From Octopus sinensis (lineage: Eukaryota), in contig NC_043011.1 in assembly GCF_006345805.1 (NCBI RefSeq), positions 25,556,464-25,620,463 of the forward strand: a DNA stretch of 64,000 nucleotides, in the 5' to 3' direction. Positions 13,077-24,834 of the stretch are shown piece after piece. Under the pieces are notes generated by a model that saw only the letters and a list, made by a program, of their open reading frames with translations, did not search any database and had not been told where the DNA came from. Numbering within the stretch: position 1 is the first letter of the stretch; each line of letters begins with the position of its first letter. A program made the translations under genes and the position numbers.

Positions 13077-13283
13077 TAAATAGTGTGTAAATATTGAGTT
13101 ACAAAAACCCCTTTGGATTGAAAAATTCAAAGGCTGCCTCTGGACTTGACTTTTTCTATTATTTATAGTCTTATTTGGTTTTGAGAGCCACAGTTCCAAA
13201 AGAGAATTAACAACATAGTGTTTATAACAATAATGTTTACAATAGACAGATTATAACTGATGTTTGTTAATAACATAGAATAA

Positions 13284-13457
13284 TTAATCAGCGCTCTTCT
13301 TCTGTGTAATTTGCTCTCTCTCAGCAACTGCTTTAGCTAGAGCATCAACCATTGGCTTGGGGTCGTAGCATGGTCCTTTGCCACCCAGATCAACAGGAAT
13401 CAGGGAAGGTTTGAAACACCGCCAGAAAGGTTCGAGATCATAGCCATATAAAAATAC
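13284..13457 (-). CDS. RLBP1: RLBP1-like last coding exon (VFLYGYDLEPFWRCFKPSLIPVDLGGKGPCYDPKPMVDALAKAVAEREQITQKKSAD*)
   Basis: Acceptor ttcacag, PxxxGG motif, TAA at 13286-13284. The five exons total 870 nt = 289 aa plus stop. Confidence 0.9.
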   Translation of the reverse strand, partial: VFLYGYDLEPFWRCFKPSLIPVDLGGKGPCYDPKPMVDALAKAVAEREQITQKKSAD

Positions 13458-14104
13458 CTGTGAAATAGATTAGGAAAGATTGTCAATATTCAGGTGTTGC
13501 TATCATATAAGGTGAGTCCTACATCTGTCATTGGGCCATTGTTATACCCTTAAGGTTTAATATTGTTCATATACTAGTTTTAGAGAAAGCGATCTTTTAG
13601 AGAGGATAAGTGGATAGATACACACACACACACACGCGCGCACACACACACATACACACACATGTGCGCATACACACATGCATACAACCACACACACACA
13701 CACGTATGCACACAGATGTATATGTGTGTATATGTATGTGTATGTATATGTTTGTATATATATGTATATAATTGGTGTGAGAGTCCAAATCTGACCACTT
13801 TGAACAATATTTTGGCTTGATATGACTGGTTTAAATGCTAAAGGGTTAACTACTCAGAAGAAACTTGGTAGCTTTTGAGTATTTAAAAGTGGTTCATATT
13901 CTCTTTGCAAAAAGTGGCCTTCACTTCAATGTAGACAAAATATTTGATATGTCAGAGGGGTCTGACATTAACAATGATACTCTGAATAGTGGAAATGATC
14001 CAATAAAACTCCACCTTTTTTAATACAAAACAGGAAAATTGGTGTAAAAACCCCATTATTTGAAAAAATAAGACATAAAAAGACACACTCAGAATAAATA
14101 ATGA

Positions 14105-14420
14105 AATTATTGTATACAGTGCTCAGGTGCACCACAACTTGTCAGAAAGTGCATATAAAGTATATGCAGTAATGTACGAATGTCTGGAAAGTGAACAATG
14201 TATGAGTCAGATACATGCTTGTGTGTGTATGGAGGGGAGAAAATCAGGTGTAGTGTTGGCGAATCTCAGAAAGCATGGAAGTTTTGAAGGATGCAGTGCT
14301 TCGACAACTAACAACTGATGCTGGCATTTTTTGTTCTATGCTTCAGCAACTCTCAGCGTGAAAAAATGTTTCCTAAAGTCATGGGAGCTGTGCTGTTTTC
14401 TGACTTTATAAATATGTCCA
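14105..14420 (-). mobile_element. 3' end of a CR1/jockey-type LINE
   Basis: Minus-strand FFTLRVAEA.NK..ASVVSCRSTASFKTSML. The terminus gcacctgagcactgtataca also occurs at about 5715 and 25125, next to (AAT)n. Confidence 0.75.
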
Positions 14421-15073
14421 CAGGTGTTAGACGGGTGGAGTTTGAAAAGGTGCTCAGAGTTATTGTTTGTAAGATGGTTAATAATTTTGAAGCATGGAGT
14501 GAACTACCCACATCAGCTGTTAGCTGCCAAGACACTACATCCTTCAAAACTTCTATGCTTCATGAAATTTGCCAATGCACCCCATGCCTTTTTTTTTGTT
14601 AAAGACTTATTTGCTGGTCATTTCCTCTGCATATTCTGTGCTGTTCCTGCAGTTTGGTTACTTTCACTGATGAGTCGTAGCATAGTACAATAAGTCCATT
14701 AATATTATTTTAAAGATAGTATAGGAAGGGACGTAATTCATGATGAAAGTGTTTGTTTTATCTCATACAAATTTAGTGTCTCATAAGAAAAATCTTTATA
14801 CAGAAGTAACTTCACAAAAATCTCTCTCGCTTTCATTTGACTCAGATAAACAGAATAGGGATAAAAAAGTATGTATGTTTGTGTGGCTGTATGTGTGATT
14901 ATGCATATGTATTCATATAGGCATGTGTGTGCCTGTGCAAGAGAGTGTATTTGTATGAGCACAGTGTGTGAGAGAGTATGCATTGTGTGTGTGTGCATGC
15001 ATGTGTGCGTGTGTGTGTGTGTGACAGTTTTCAATTTTCAAGGAATAAATTTGCACCCATGCCCCATGCTTAC

Positions 15074-15184
15074 CCTACTGGCTAGTTTTGTCTTCAGAAA
15101 GGGCCTTATAAGCCTGACGGTGTGAGTAAAGAACCAGGGCTGATAGATGAAGTGTGCTCCCTTAAACCTAGAAGGAAATGTCCC
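15074..15184 (-). CDS. RLBP1: RLBP1-like exon 4 ([37 protein letters not shown])
   Basis: Poly-T acceptor ttacag, donor AGG|GTAAGC, 111 nt, phase 0-0. FPxRFKxxHxxxQPW motif. Not in the ORF track; found by hand. Confidence 0.92.
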
Positions 15185-15971
15185 CTGTAAAAAAAAAAAA
15201 AAAAGTTAGCAAGGGCAGCATAAAAGCAGAAGTATATCACATGAACAGGTATGGAATCAAAGCATCACCACCATCACCATCACCATAACCATTACCAGTA
15301 ATATCATCGCAGCACAAAGCATAGAACCTTCTCAGTGATATATCAAATTGCTAGAAATAGCAGTCAGATTTTTCTAAAATAATTTCTAATTATCTTAAAG
15401 AAAGGAAAAAAGGCACTTTGGATAATGTCAATTTGGATACTCATAAAGAAAAAAAAAACTTGATGGTCATGAATGAAATGTCTCTGATCATAGGTCTGTT
15501 TGACAAGGGCTGACTAAGGGCTAAATAATGACTACAACAATATGAACAATAAAGCGTCCTCTTTTTCAGACTTCCTCCCCAACTAGAAACCCAGCTTCAG
15601 AAACATTTATTCAAAAGATCACCAACCAAGTCCCTCAACTTGCAAGAAATAACGACTAAATCTCCCTCAAATCATTCACTGATATAATTTTTATTTGGAA
15701 TGTTGGATCTTGAAGCAGACAAGCAGCTATAAATAACAGCATAATTTTTTTTAAAGACAGCAATGTGTGATTTGAGGAAAATTTGGATGCTATTTCTATT
15801 AGCTGAGTGACATTGTGGTGACTCATTTATCAAGTGGATAACCTATTTATTTGGATGGAGGTCCAAAATATCAGTAGTTTGAGATAAGTCGAATAATTTT
15901 TAGGTATTAGATAAGCTTTATCTATCTGTGTGAGAGAGCAAACGTCAAGCATTACCAGTGTGTCTACTTAC

Positions 15972-16193
15972 TTGTATGCTTTCGACCATTTTCTTCATGT
16001 CAGAGGGACGAGTTGTCAGTGCTTGTAGTAATGAGTAATCCCTGAAGTTCTCTACAATAGTTATGCCATTCAGTTGAGTTTCTTCATTCAGGAGTAGATA
16101 GTCCAAGAGAAAGAGATAAGACCTCAATACCACATCGTTAGGGAATTTGTTTCGATCCCAGTTCCCTATACTGAACAGCAGCACAATACATCC
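15972..16193 (-). CDS. RLBP1: RLBP1-like exon 3 (GCIVLLFSIGNWD...RSYLFLLDYLLLNEETQLNGITIVENFRDY...SDMKKMVESIQ)
   Basis: Acceptor aatttag, donor CAA|GTAAGT, 222 nt, phase 0-0. NEETQxNG..I.ENF resembles RLBP1 rather than clavesin or TTPA. Confidence 0.92.
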
Positions 16194-16229
16194 CTAAATT
16201 AAGAGAAGAAAAATGAGTGAGTTTACATG

Positions 16230-16273
<44 letters not shown>

Positions 16274-16861
16274 TTGTGTTTATCTGTATCTATAATAGGC
16301 AGGATGTGTGTGTATGTGTGTGTACATGAATGTAATTTGTGCACGTCCACAAATTAGCATGCATGTTGCTCCAATTTTAGGAGGACATTCATCATGATCC
16401 TAGTTGTATTTTCTTAAACTTATTTTTACCAGAGGCACCAATGAATAGCAGTAAAAATAAATTTTCAACCTAAACTTTTAACAATTTTCAAGTCAGAAAA
16501 ATCACCATTGTTTGCAAACAGGAGTTAAGTCCCCTTCTAGTGACAAGTTAGTTTTTGTTAAGACTTTTGTTGTTTTTTTCCATCAAGAAAAAAGTGCTTT
16601 GTAGATATACGGGCAACACACACACGAACATGTATATGTACAAAAAACATGTATGCAATAGGTGTATGTACGTACGTGTGTGTATGTGTGTGTTGCCCAT
16701 ATATATATATATATATATATAAACAAATTTCAACAGATTTTACCCAAATTTGACGTCGATGTTACTCCTCCTCACCTCTACCTCCACCTCTTTCTCCTTT
16801 TTATCTTCCACCACCACCACCACAACCACCACCTCAACAACAGCAGCTGCAGCAGCAACAA

Positions 16862-17150
16862 CAGACCGGGCGTTGTGTGTGTTTATTGAGTGAAAACACC
16901 TAAAGCTCCACGAAGCTCCAGCAGGGGGTGGGGTGGTGGCAACCCCTGTTGTACTCTTTCGCTCCAACTTTCTCTCACTCTTTCTTCCTGTTTCTTGTCC
17001 CCGACTTCCTACGCAACCGCTGAGCCTGGATGTGCATTCATCTATCCGTCGATGCTCTCGGTGTCGGGGGTTGACCTGCTTTCTCTTCTGCGGGTCTTAC
17101 GAATAGCAGAGGACCACGTTTCGGACTTCTAGGACGAAGACTGTTTTGCT
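16862..17150 (+). mobile_element. SINE body (family C), tRNA head missing
   Basis: 16862-16995 matches the reverse complement of 59335-59465, where a tRNA-like head is present. Confidence 0.7.
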
Positions 17151-17257
17151 CAACAAACAAACAAACAAAGCAGCAACAACAACTTGTGAAATCATTTGTC
17201 TTTGTTTCTAAGACTCTCTTGTTACTTAAATTCTGACAAAAAGTCGTAAATTCTCAC

Positions 17258-17373
17258 CTGTGCATCTCGTTCTGGTAAAATACCTGGAAAGCCATTTAAC
17301 AAACACTCTCGAACAGATTCAAATGTCAGGTCTTCTGAGACTTCAGGGTACTTTCTTTTAAATTTAACATGAC
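17258..17373 (-). CDS. RLBP1: RLBP1-like exon 2 (SHVKFKRKYPEVSEDLTFESVRECLLNGFPGILPERDAQ)
   Basis: Acceptor tttttag, donor CAG|GTGAGA, phase 1-0. Matches the CRALBP segment YVNFRLQYPE..G(Y/F)PG.L..RD as recalled. Confidence 0.9.
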
Positions 17374-17609
17374 CTAAAAAGGAAAAAGCTTGAATGATTA
17401 TTCTCCCCACAACCAGTTCATGACAGGTGTTAGCATGTTTATGTCCCCTGTAACTTAGCAGTTCAGCAAAAGAGACCTATAGAATAAGTACCATGCTTGA
17501 AAATAAGTCCTGGGGTCAATTTGCTTCAAGGTGATGCCCCATTATGGCCATTATCCAATGTCCAAAACAAGTAAAAGATCAAAGATAAAAGACATTAGGC
17601 AGGACATCT

Positions 17610-17790
17610 CTCTCACAAGCTAAAGAAGGCCTGGGACTCCAAATTGCCCAGGCAAATCAAACTCAAGCTGTTCATTGCAACTGTCGAATCAGTGCTGTTA
17701 TATGGCAGTGAAACATGGACACTGACATATTATCAAATGGGCTAAATGGCTGCAACACAAGGATGCTACAAATGGCCGTAAATGAGAAAT
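17610..17790 (+). mobile_element. RTE-type LINE ORF2 fragment
   Basis: Translates HKLKKAWDSKLPRQIKLKLFIATVESVLLYGSETWTLT. Confidence 0.75.
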
Positions 17791-17926
17791 GACAGCATCA
17801 CCACCACCACCACCACCACCACCACCACCATCACCACCACCGCCACTGCCACCGCCACCTCCACCGCCACCACCACTGCCGGCATAAAGATAAAGATGCA
17901 CACACACAAACACGTGTGCATGCACG

Positions 17927-17965
<39 letters not shown>

Positions 17966-18743
17966 ACACATGGTGGGTTTTCACACAGTTTCTGTCTATC
18001 AAATTCACACATAGAGCATTGGTTGGCATGGGGCTATAATAGAGGACACTTACCCAAGGTGCTGTGCTGTGCAGTGGGACTGAACCTGAAGCCACATGGC
18101 TGCAATAACAATCCTCTTGTCCCAATAAAAATACTAGTCTGATTATGTCAGTGGTTTCTCTTAAAATTGTTCAGTATTTTTAAAATTATTTTTTAATAGA
18201 ATTGTTGAGAGATGTTTAACATTTCTACTATTAAACTATGACTATAGTGAGATGCTTGAGTCAATAGTGTGCCAGCAAAAAAAAAAAAAAAAAAATAACA
18301 CAACAAAATATTTCCGTTATGCTTCAAGCTAAAATTGTGTCAAACCCAACTTTGCTTTTCAATAGATAAATACCAATCATTATTATAATAATTATTTGAA
18401 AATTACTGTTATTGATAATAAACATTGCCATGGGGACCTATATCTCTAGAGGAGGGAGTCTAGTCCACTGTATTAGTCACTTTTTGAAATGACTTAATCA
18501 AAAGAGGAAAGGCAACACACTTGTGAGTATTTTCAGAACCTTCAACACAAATTGGACAAAAGGATGAAGGAAGAATTTATCCCCAAACAGATCTCATCTA
18601 AATACTTGCAATTGAGTAGATTTTGCCTAAGTCACTCAAGAAACAGGTATTAAATGAAGTGTAATAAGGGAAAGACTCTTTATATATTGGAACATAATTT
18701 ATTTGTTACATAATTAGGAATGGTTTTCATGCAATATGATTAA

Positions 18744-18962
18744 CCCTTTCGTTACTGTATTTATTTTGAGATGCTCTGTGTTTCTTTCAATTACTTTAAA
18801 TACAACAAAGAATTTAGTAAGATAACTTAGTTATCATTAAGCTAGTGTTGGGGACATAAACTGTGACTAAGGTTTGGTGGAAGGTTTTATTAAAAATTTT
18901 TGAAAACAAGACTTTCGTACTCAGAGCCAGAGCTGGTTTCAGCCGGGTTGGTAGCGAAAGGG
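18744..18962. mobile_element. piggyBac-like MITE
   Basis: TTAA on both sides. TIRs ccctttcgttac / gtagcgaaaggg match 11/12. Confidence 0.85.
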
Positions 18963-19749
18963 TTAATGGGAACATTCAGATGAAACTGCAATATGATACA
19001 TACAGAAAGTGTTTGTTAGAAACTCAACATTTCAGCTAATTTTTACATTTGAAATACATATTCAGGTGTTGTGGTGTGTCTTCTTCAAAGATCATTCCAG
19101 GTTGAATATGTAGCTGTGAACACAGCTACCAGGAGAGTGTACACCAACTTGACTCAAGATACTCTGAATCTTTGGCACTCAGTTTGGCTGTATTTGTAGG
19201 CTTTGCTCATGGAAAGTTCTAGTCAGACCACCAAAATTATTACCTGAACAATGGCTGTTCATTGGATAAAATGTCAGTTGTGCACATGATTAAACTGTGA
19301 TTTCTATCTGGCAAAATGTGGGATCGAATTCAATGCTATAGAAGTAATGGATTAAGTCTAACATCTAAGAAAAGTAATACTTCCTCTGGGTGGGCTAATA
19401 CACACAGTTCTTGTCCTTTAAGTTTCACTCATTAGGCTTCAGTTTCCCCTAAGACTATAGTAGAAGACATTTGTCTCTGGTGTCATGCAATGAGATCGAG
19501 TCCAGAATCATGTAGTTGGAAAGCAAATTTCTTGCAGTGTAAAGGACAAAAATGTCTCTTGCCTTGCCTTGGCAAACAACTCCAAAAAGGAATTCAACTG
19601 CCTGACTAGAATTTACTGTATGGCTCATAGACATTCTCTCTCCTATTGGCCAGTAGACAGAATACCCAAGGACACCCTCCCCCATACTTGCACATTTGTT
19701 CTCACTGACTTCTCTTGCAAAAGAGAGCACACTTAAATCACCTGTTTCA

Positions 19750-19762
19750 TCACGTGACGTCA
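19750..19762. promoter_or_regulatory. Overlapping palindromic E-box (TCACGTGA) and CRE (TGACGTCA), with a CCAAT box at 19645-19649
   Basis: tcacgtgacgtca in an otherwise CpG-poor intron of the RLBP1-like gene. Function is inferred, not shown. Confidence 0.4.
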
Positions 19763-19990
19763 TTTCCCCTCTCACTTCCAGTGCATCATCCCTATGCTAC
19801 ACTTCTAAACCACACAGCTATGCTTGTGCCTGTTCATGTGCATGTGTGTGTGTGTGAGCTTATTTTGTTAACTCAGGAATAATCAAAAACGAAAGAGATC
19901 TGAACTCAAAATGCAGAGGAAAAGCATTAAACAGTTTATCTAGTATTTTACATTTTCAATCACTTTACTTCCTTTGAAACAATGATTATA

Positions 19991-20331
19991 TTGCAGTGTG
20001 GAAGGTGTTTATAAGTTATTTAAGAAACACACAAAAAACCATTAGATTCACTTCAACATTTAAATTTAATTTGCCAAAATATTTTTGTCGCTTTGAGACT
20101 GCGACCTGTTCACTGACAAAATTCCGTGCTGCATGGAATTTTGTCAATGAACAGGTCGCGGTCTCAAAGTGACGAAAATATTTTGACAAGTTAAATTTAA
20201 ATGTTGAAGTGAATCTAACAGTTTTTTTGTGTGTTTCTTAAATGGCTTATAAACACCTTCCACACTGCAATTGTTTTCGTTCCAGCACACGATCTCAGAT
20301 CAGGTCACTTGCTATGCAAGTACATCTCCGT
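19991..20331. mobile_element. Fold-back non-autonomous element (Penelope pLTR-like) with a hammerhead-like motif in each arm and a TSD
   Basis: About 280-bp palindrome centred near 20130, plus a 60-bp unique tail. aatgattatattg at 19981-19993 and 20333-20345. Second copy at 34279. Confidence 0.85.
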
Positions 20332-20359
20332 AAATGATTATATTGATTTTTTTTTTTAC

Positions 20360-20800
20360 TGCAGAGGAGTGTGTTTACTTGATTAAATCACTCAGTTCAT
20401 GACTGATATTTATTAGCTGGGGGAGTGGGTACATTTGATTAAATCATTCCAATATATAATTTATAGAAGGAATGTGCATATTTGATTAAATTACCCAAAA
20501 CACAACTGATATTTATTAGTTGAGGGAGTGGGTATATTTGATGAGATCACCCCAGTGTATGATTTGTGGATATAATGTTTATATTTCATTAAATCATCCA
20601 ATACATGACTCATATTTATTAGTTGAGGGAATGGATATACTTAATGAAATCATTCCACTTTATGATTGATACTTATTTGCTGGAGGAGTCGATACACATG
20701 TTTAAACTGCCCTAGTATATGATTAAAACTTATTTGTTGGGGGAGTGTGTATACTTGATTAAATAATCTCAGCACATGAGTGACATTTACTTGATGAACA
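20360..20800. repeat. Degenerate 50-57 bp minisatellite, about 8 units
   Basis: Recurring ggg(g)agtgggtata.ttgattaaatca...actgatatttattagtt. Confidence 0.75.
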
Positions 20801-20928
20801 ATGGGAAGGAGAAAAACTCAAACCAAGCATAGCACAATTTGAATTCAGATTGTAAATAGACAGAAATATGAATGCTATTTCTAACATTCTGCAGTATTAG
20901 ACCGGAGTGACATTTTAAAATATCTTAC

Positions 20929-21175
20929 TTTTGATCAGCTCAAATGTTCTTTCAACATCAAACTTTTTAGACCTGAGAAATTTGAGGAGGTGGTCATCAT
21001 CTTCAGTTGGAAAACATGCCTCTATATTGTTGTCAGATTTAATTAGTTCTCGTATTTGTGTTAAACATTCATCTCGTTTGTCTTTAGTTTCATTTAATTC
21101 TGTTTGGGCTCGAGTTTGAAATTCTTCTGGAAGTGAGGGAAGTTTGCGGAAAATTTGGTCATAGAAGGATTCCAT
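20929..21175 (-). CDS. RLBP1: RLBP1/CRALBP-like CRAL-TRIO protein, coding exon 1 (CRAL-TRIO N domain: MESFYDQ...RAQTELNET...LLKFLRSKKFDVERTFELIK)
   Basis: ATG at 21175, 1 nt after acceptor tttcag (so a 5' UTR exon lies upstream). Donor A|GTAAGA at 20929/20928, phase 1. FLRxKKFDVE motif. Confidence 0.9.
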
Positions 21176-21225
21176 TCTGAAATGATAGACATGTATATAT
21201 TACTAATTGCATTTATTTATTTATC

Positions 21226-21259
<34 letters not shown>

Positions 21260-21279
<20 letters not shown>

Positions 21280-22330
21280 TAATTCGTTTATTGGCCACAA
21301 GGGCTAACAAAAATCAAATAAAACATGTAAGGACAAAATACAAGATGAAAGTTACAAAAGGGTTTTATCTGTTTGAAATGTCCATGTAAAAATGCAAGTT
21401 AACGAAAATATAACAAGTAAAAACTCCCAATGGGGGGAGGCACTTCGAAAGGTTACTTGTGGAAAAACCCATAAAAACCATGGGAGCCTGGTCAAAAAGT
21501 GGGTAGCAAGCCCTTTTCTCCTTTTATATTACCTTTTTTTCTTACAGGTGTATTCTCAGAAGTGGTCCGTTCATAATGGCCATTCTTCTGACATTCACCC
21601 ACCTTTCAATAAATTTGCTACGAGACAGCACTTCCCTCTCTACTCTCATCTTCCTTTTCAAGTGAAACTTGAAAAAGTTGATGAGGCCTTGGCCAAAGAG
21701 GAAAGTGTCTGACTTTAGCCCTTTCAAACGGGTCCACCATACCACCTCTTTTGCTACAGCCACTACACAGAGGAAAATTGCCTTGCTCTTCCGGTTAAAG
21801 GAGGTCGGCGGGGCAATCTTCACTATGGATTCAGCTGAGGTGACACTTGTTTACTGGTCATGCTTTAAGAACTCTGTGAAGAATTCTTGCAGTTCCCAGC
21901 AATGCTGATTTTTATAGGCATTCTACCTTCACACTGGCACTGATCTTTTTCGCATCCAGTGGGGTGCTCTGGAAGTAACACTCCATAACCATCATGTTTA
22001 CTTGTTTACTCCACTTATGTCTTGTATGCAGTTGCTGGATTACAACTGGGCCCACCCTGCTGCACAGTGGGGCACCTGCTGAGTGTGGCACCTGCTGAGT
22101 GTGACACCTTCATTATTGGTTCCAGTCCTGCTTACACCTTTATTGTCATCAATTTTGCTTGGCATTTTCACTCACAAATGAGGTGTGTTTTTAGGTTACT
22201 ACCAACCTGTATTTTTATCAAGACACCATCTCTATGAAGGTAGTCTACTAAGGTGGCAGGGCCCAATTTTCGATGGTGAAATAAACATTGGGGATGCAAG
22301 AGAAACTGTGGGTGGTACTCGGAGGTATTG
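21260..22330 (-). mobile_element. Tx1/L1-clade LINE 3' remnant with (ATT)n tail at 21229-21280
   Basis: ORF 21542-21823 reads AVAKEVVWWTRLK...FFKFHLKRKMRVER...F.ERW, like Tx1/L1 ORF2 C-termini. Confidence 0.65.
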
Positions 22331-22344
22331 GAAGCTCACTTTCT

Positions 22345-24069
22345 GAAACTTTTATCTTTTAATCTTTTACTTGCTTCATTCATTTAACTGTGGCCATGCT
22401 GGGGCACCACCTTGAAGGGTTTTAGTCAAACAAATCAACCCCAGGACTTTTTTGTAAGTTTAGAACTTATTCAATCAGTCTCTTTTGCCAGTTACTGGCA
22501 AGTTACTGGGATGTAAACAAACCAGCACTGGTTGTCAAGTGATGGTGGGGGACAAACACAGACACAAAGACACACACACACACACAATGGGTTTCTTTCA
22601 GTTACTGTCGACCAAATCCACTCACAAGGCTTTGGTCGGCCCAAGGCTATAGTAGAAGACACTTGCCCAATACGTCATGCAGTGGGACTGAACCTAGAAC
22701 CATGAAGTTGTGAAGCAAGTTTCTTACTACACAGCCATGCATTGGAAACGTTCCTATACGATATGCAGGTATCTCAGAGTCATAGTATTTTGCTCCTCTG
22801 CTGGAGCTCAACAAAACATATTCAGCAAATCTTTCTCACCTCATTTCATGCCAGCCTTCGCACATAGCTTCCACATTTAGTACCCATGTCTCACTACTAT
22901 GTGATATCACAGTTTATTAGCAATAAGCTTATATTTAATTTATTGTAAAGAGCTTTTCCTAGTTGACCTATAACACTCTATTTATTTGACAAAACTTCAA
23001 ACCTGAAAGACTTAACCCATTTCAATACTGGTCTGTTCTGAATTAAACAATAGCAATAACATAAACCCAAGATGTAGAATGTATAAAAAAATTATAAATG
23101 ACACATTTCACAAAACACTCAAACATTAGTACTAATTTTTAAAGTCTTTAATTGCATTTCTATCCATCCATCCACCCACCCAACATGTGTATACATGTGT
23201 GTGTGAAATTGTTTGTACCTCCTTTGACAGGTAAGAGGGAAATATCCTGTTAAATAAATAGTATGATAAATATCTAGGGAAGGGTGTGGCTATATGGGTG
23301 TGTTGCAGGCATGTTGCACATCCATACTATGCAGCTTGTGCTAAAATAAAAGCATGAAGTTGTTTGAATAAAAAGTAAATAAACAGAGAAAAACAGTTTC
23401 AAAGTCTGATATATCTGTTTTAGTAATTAAACTGTGGCCATGCTGGGGCATTATCTTGAAGAATTTTTAGTTGAATGAATCGACCCTCTTTACTCTTTTA
23501 CTTGTTTCAGTCATTTGACTGTGGCCATGCTAGAGCACCACTTTTAGTCGAGCACATCGACCCCAGGACATATTCTTTGTAAGCCTAGTACTTATTCTAT
23601 CGGTCTCTTTTATTGAACCGCTAAGTTACGGGGACGTAAACACACCAGCATCAGTTGTCAAGTGATGTTGGGGGGACAAACGCAGACACACAAACATACA
23701 CACACACATATATATATATATACATATACAGATATACAATGGGCTTCTCTCAGTTTCCGTCTACCAAATCCACTCACAAGGCTTTGGTTGGCCTGAGGCT
23801 ATAGTAGAAGACACTTGCCCAAGGTGCCACGCAGTGGGACTGAACCCAGAACCGTGTAGTTCATAAGTAAGCTACTTACCACACAGCCACTCCTGTGCCT
23901 ATGTACTTTTGTGTTTTTGTTTAAGCTGGGTACTTATTCTGTTGGTTTCTTTTGCCAAACTGCTAGGTTACGGAGAAGTAAACACTTCAACACCAGTTGT
24001 CAAGTGGTGGTGGTGGTTTACAGACACAGACACGGATACAAAACTACACACACACACATACTCACGCAA

Positions 24070-24124
<55 letters not shown>

Positions 24125-24167
24125 CGCACACACATACATATGTACACACTCACACACACTCACGCAT

Positions 24168-24201
<34 letters not shown>

Positions 24202-24362
24202 TGAGCTTCTTATACAGATTCTGTCTACCAAATCCGCTCACAAAGCTTTGGTTGGCCTGACGCTATAGTAGAAGATACTTGCCCAAGGTGCTACACACTG
24301 GGACTGAACCCAGAACCATGTTGTTGGCAAGCAAGCTTCTTACCACTCAGCCACGCCTGTGA
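22345..24362 (-). mobile_element. Cluster of three tRNA-derived SINE family B copies (22345-22740, 23490-23900, 23920-24362)
   Basis: Shared cttgcccaagg..cagtgggactgaacc head and internal (CA)/(TA) tract. Other copies or fragments at about 8065, 17970, 34022, 36340, 37055, 43200. Confidence 0.85.
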
Positions 24363-24735
24363 CAATTAAAAAAACCCCAAAGAATTTCAAAACTCATAGA
24401 CTTGTTCAATAGTCTAATGACTGTTAGGTAAATTAGTAAAACACAGGATGTGTAGAATATAATAAAAGTAACATACCAAGCCAAGTAGCTATTTTCAGTT
24501 CCATAAATAAACTTTGAAAGTAAGGTGAATCTCTATGAAATGAATATCCACAGCCTTTAGCATCTATTTATTCTGCTGGAATCGCTTATAGAGCAACCAT
24601 TAGCACTGAAATTTGGTTAGTGTCAGCAGTGAGGCTTAAATATATAAAATAGTTATCGCTGTTTAGTGACAGATTATCAAAACGAACTATCAGGACTTGA
24701 TGTAATTATACATGTATATATATTTAGAATTACAG

Positions 24736-24834
<99 letters not shown>

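Noticed and set aside
19991-20331. Possibility that the fold-backs are chimeric-read assembly artefacts
   Set aside because: The arms differ at several positions, a TSD is present and a second copy exists. Raw-read confirmation is still advisable for 34916-35210.
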